Positions 60,843 through 64,000 of a stretch of 64,000 bases of DNA are shown here, in pieces; the first letter of the stretch is position 1, and each line of letters opens with the position of its first letter. The notes under the pieces were generated by a model. The model made no database searches. It saw only the letters and a list, made by a program, of their open reading frames with translations, and was not told the DNA's origin. The translations under genes and the position numbers were made by a program. This stretch comes from Rudaea sp. (lineage in GTDB: Bacteria; Pseudomonadota; Gammaproteobacteria; Xanthomonadales; Rhodanobacteraceae), in contig DASRTK010000058.1 in the NCBI GenBank assembly GCA_035655975.1, positions 2,245 through 66,244 on the forward strand. Direction: 5' to 3'.

Positions 60843-62408
60843 ATGCTCGCCAATCTGAATAATGTCGCAATCTATCTCGCCAGTGCGCTCACGGGACTTG
60901 CGGTCGGCGCGCTGATCGCATGGCTGCTGATGCGGCGCCGCCTGCAGGAGGCCCACGCTGCGGGGCGGGCCAGCCGCGATGCCGAGGTCGCGAAACTCAG
61001 CGCCGAGTGCGACAGCACGAATGAGACGGGCCAGCGGCTGCTGCGTGATCGCGACGCGGCGCTGCGCGAGCTGTCGGAGCAGCGCGCGCGCGTGCTGGCA
61101 TTGTCGTCGCAGGGGGCAACGTTGGCCGGCCGGCTCGAGCGCCTGACCCAGGTCGAGACGGAGCTGACTGCGGCGCGCGGCGATGCCAAGCACTGGAACG
61201 AGATGTGCCAGCGGGCCGAGCAACGCCTTACGGAATCGGCCACGCGCCTGCAGGAGCAGATCCGATCGGCCGAGGAACGCCAGGCGATGCTCGAGCGCGT
61301 CCGCGAGGAGTTTGCCGACCGGTTCAAGGCGTTGGCCGGGGAACTGCTCGAGGAGAAGAGCCGGAAATTCACCGAGCAGAACCAGGCGAACCTCGGCTCG
61401 CTGTTGAATCCGTTGCGCGAACAGCTCGGCGATTTTCGCAAGCGAGTCGACGAGGTCTACGACAAGGAAAGCCGTGAGCGTGGCTTGCTCAAGCACGAGA
61501 TCGAGGCGCTCAAGGACCTGAACCTGCGCATCAGCGAGGACGCGGTAAACCTCACCCAGGCACTGAAGGGCGACAGCCGGGCGCGCGGTGCTTGGGGCGA
61601 AATGGTCCTCGAACGACTGCTCGAGATGGCCGGACTGCAGGCCGGGCGACAGTTCGAGACGCAGGCGAGCTTTGCTGCCGACAACGGTCGCCAGCGGCTC
61701 GACGTGATCGTGCATCTGCCGGACGAAAAGGACATCGTCATCGATGCGAAGGTTTCGCTCGTGGCTTGGGAGCGCTACACGTCGGCGAACGACGACGTCG
61801 AACGCGCGGCAGCGCTGCGCGATCACCTGACATCCGTGCGGCGCAACATCGAGGAACTGTCCGGAAAGGACTACAGCGGAATTCCGGGCCTGCGCACGCT
61901 GGATTTCGTCCTGATGTTCATCCCGATCGAAGCCGCGTTCGTCGAGGCCGTGCGCGTCGACGACAAGCTCTATGGCTACGCACTGGCGAAAAACGTTTCG
62001 ATCGTCAGTCCGAGTACGCTGCTGGCGACATTGCGCACAGTCTCGCACTTGTGGCGTATCGAACGGCGCAATGTCAACGCGCTGGAATTCGCCCGCGTTG
62101 CGGCGCAACTGCACGATAATTTTGCGATGCTGATCGAGGGCATCCAGCAGGTCGGCATTCAGTTGGACCGGGCGAAAACCGAGCATGACGGACTATTGCG
62201 CCGGCTCACCGAAGGTGGCCGCGGCAGCGTGCTGCTGCAGGTTCAGCGGCTCAAGGAACTCGGCGCGGATGCGAAGAAGAAGTTGCCGCCGGGCCTGCTC
62301 GAACGCGCCGGAGCGACTATCGATGAAATCGAAGGCGAATCCGAAGCGCTCGCGCAAGACGACGAAGCGGCGCAATTGCCGCTGCATGTGCCGCCCGAGA
62401 AAAAGTAG
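60843..62408 (+). CDS. rmuC: DNA recombination protein RmuC
   Basis: N-terminal TM plus coiled coil, G.WGE..L...LE, D....LP.....IDAK, DFVLMF.P.E.AF, SP.TL..TL. Confidence 0.93.
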   Translation: MLANLNNVAIYLASALTGLAVGALIAWLLMRRRLQEAHAAGRASRDAEVAKLSAECDSTNETGQRLLRDRDAALRELSEQRARVLALSSQGATLAGRLERLTQVETELTAARGDAKHWNEMCQRAEQRLTESATRLQEQIRSAEERQAMLERVREEFADRFKALAGELLEEKSRKFTEQNQANLGSLLNPLREQLGDFRKRVDEVYDKESRERGLLKHEIEALKDLNLRISEDAVNLTQALKGDSRARGAWGEMVLERLLEMAGLQAGRQFETQASFAADNGRQRLDVIVHLPDEKDIVIDAKVSLVAWERYTSANDDVERAAALRDHLTSVRRNIEELSGKDYSGIPGLRTLDFVLMFIPIEAAFVEAVRVDDKLYGYALAKNVSIVSPSTLLATLRTVSHLWRIERRNVNALEFARVAAQLHDNFAMLIEGIQQVGIQLDRAKTEHDGLLRRLTEGGRGSVLLQVQRLKELGADAKKKLPPGLLERAGATIDEIEGESEALAQDDEAAQLPLHVPPEKK

Positions 62409-62668
62409 GGTCTGGCGCCGATCGCCCGATGGCGTGGCGAGGGTGATCGGGCGTGCCCAGGCGGAGGAGCTACCACGCCTGGACACGCCCGAATCCAAAA
62501 AACTGACGTTCCGGCGCTGCTTCGGGCAAACGCGAGATTGCGCGCCGCACTGCCGGTAACCCAAGACTACCAGACTCGTCGGGATATGGAAGCGGAAAAT
62601 TAAACTGAGATAAATCAGCTACCTGCGAAGGCAATCTCAGCGAGATTCGACTCGTGGGCAGCTGAACC

Positions 62669-62753
62669 GTGGCCCGGACGCAGCGCAGCAGAATCCGGGG
62701 TAACGGCGACCCGATTCCCAGATTGCGCCGCTGCACGGCTTCATCCGGGCTAC
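62669..62753. repeat. Degenerate GTAG-tagged REP doublet (family 4, GTAGCCCGGATG type)
   Basis: gtggcccggacgcagcgcagcagaatccggg ... cccagattgcgccgctgcacggcttcatccgggctac; contains the permease stop codon. Confidence 0.65.
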
Positions 62754-64000
62754 GCAGGCTGGCGCAGCTTGCTATGGCGATAGCTGTAGCCGAAGTAGAT
62801 GAAGAATCCGACGATCGTCCAGATTCCCATCATCGTCCAGTTGTACCAGTTCTCGCCGAAGACCAGCAGGAACAGGCAGCTCAGGACACCCAGGGTGCAG
62901 ATGACCGGCGCAAACGGCACGCGGAACGTGCGCGGTGCATCGGGTTGCGTCTTGCGCAGGATCAGCACGCCGATACAGACGGCGCAGAACGCAATCAGCG
63001 TTCCCATCGAGACCAGATCGCCCAGGACATCGAGTGGGAACACGGCGGCGAGCGCGGCGATACCGACTCCCGTGATCACAGTATTGATATGCGGCGTGCA
63101 GTACTTCGGGTGAATCTTCGCGAACACCGGCGGCAGCATGCCGTCGCGGCCCATGATCATGAAGATGCGCGGCTGGGCGATGACCATGACCAGGATGACC
63201 GACGACAGGCCGATCAGCGCGCCAATCTCGACGACCCAGCGCAACCAGCCGAGCTCGGCATGGGCCTTGACCGCCGTCACGACCGGTTCGCTCGTTCCGA
63301 GTTGATCGAACGGCAGCAATCCGGTCAGCACGCTCGCCATGCCGATGTAGAGAACCGTGCAGATCGCCAGCGAAGCCAGCGTGCCGATCGGCAAGTCGCG
63401 TTGCGGATTCACCGCTTCCTGCGCCGCGGTCGACGTCGCCTCGAATCCGATGTAGGCGAAGAACACCAGCGCCGCACCGCGAATGATGCCGGCCCAGCCG
63501 TACTTGTCGCCGCCCTGGTTCTCGGGGATGAATGGGTGCCACAGCGTCGGATCGACGTACTTCCAGCCGGCGACGATGACGACGATGATCAACGCGACCT
63601 TCAGCGCGACCATCGCGGTGTTGGCGCCGCTCGATTCGCGAATGCCGACATAGCACAACCAGGTCAGCGCCAGGACGATCGCGACGGCCGGCAGGTTGAA
63701 CAGCGCGCCGGTCACGACGAAGTGGTTGTCGGTGAACGCAAGCGGCGCGTTCGTCAAAATCTCGGGCAGGTGCAAACCGAGGTGATCGAGCAGGCTCGTG
63801 AAATAACCGGTCCAGCTTACCGCGACGGCGGATGCAGACACGCCGTATTCGAGCACCATGTTCCAGCCGATGAACCACGCGACGATTTCGCCGAGTGTCG
63901 CGTACGCGTAGGAATACGAGCTGCCGGCCATCGGGATCAGCGTGGCGAATTCGGCGTAGCACAACGCGGTAAAGCTGCAGCAGACCGCCGCCATGATGAA
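62750..64000 (-). CDS. APC-family amino acid permease (5' end outside window)
   Basis: LCYAEFA..IP.AGS.Y.Y.Y, FFAYIGF, QPRIF..M.RDG.LP, multiple TM helices. Confidence 0.92.
   Translation of the reverse strand, partial: FIMAAVCCSFTALCYAEFATLIPMAGSSYSYAYATLGEIVAWFIGWNMVLEYGVSASAVAVSWTGYFTSLLDHLGLHLPEILTNAPLAFTDNHFVVTGALFNLPAVAIVLALTWLCYVGIRESSGANTAMVALKVALIIVVIVAGWKYVDPTLWHPFIPENQGGDKYGWAGIIRGAALVFFAYIGFEATSTAAQEAVNPQRDLPIGTLASLAICTVLYIGMASVLTGLLPFDQLGTSEPVVTAVKAHAELGWLRWVVEIGALIGLSSVILVMVIAQPRIFMIMGRDGMLPPVFAKIHPKYCTPHINTVITGVGIAALAAVFPLDVLGDLVSMGTLIAFCAVCIGVLILRKTQPDAPRTFRVPFAPVICTLGVLSCLFLLVFGENWYNWTMMGIWTIVGFFIYFGYSYRHSKLRQPA

Overview
GC-rich gammaproteobacterial chromosome segment. Gene content and order (argF'-argG-argE-argAB-argC-argH-proBA; TrpR-like regulator-hisGDCBHAF-IE; mtnBDC) point to Xanthomonadales, probably Rhodanobacteraceae; this is inference. 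The 0.4-5.6 kb part holds two convergent secreted BNR/beta-propeller proteins. The 5.8-21.4 kb part is a tandem, translationally coupled array of eight paralogous 3-TM / TolB-like / TPR genes, interspersed with truncated gene-start relics. The rest is mostly housekeeping: pyrC, yidD, dksA, sufE, cysS, arg/pro operon, tRNA-Pro(CGG), hisS, hutH-like lyase, his operon, methionine salvage, rmuC and an APC permease, plus a small ECF sigma/anti-sigma locus. At least four small palindromic repeat families are scattered through the window. Strongest leads: (1) a GIY-YIG nuclease gene bracketed by CGTC-tagged REP arms whose ends recur as empty short elements elsewhere in the window, a candidate autonomous/non-autonomous mobile pair; (2) the modular TolB-TPR receptor-like array with signs of turnover; (3) a candidate arginine-sensing leader-peptide attenuator before the arg operon; (4) recurring micro-ORFs that bridge gene junctions. 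All calls come from reading the sequence and ORF track; no database searches were run.
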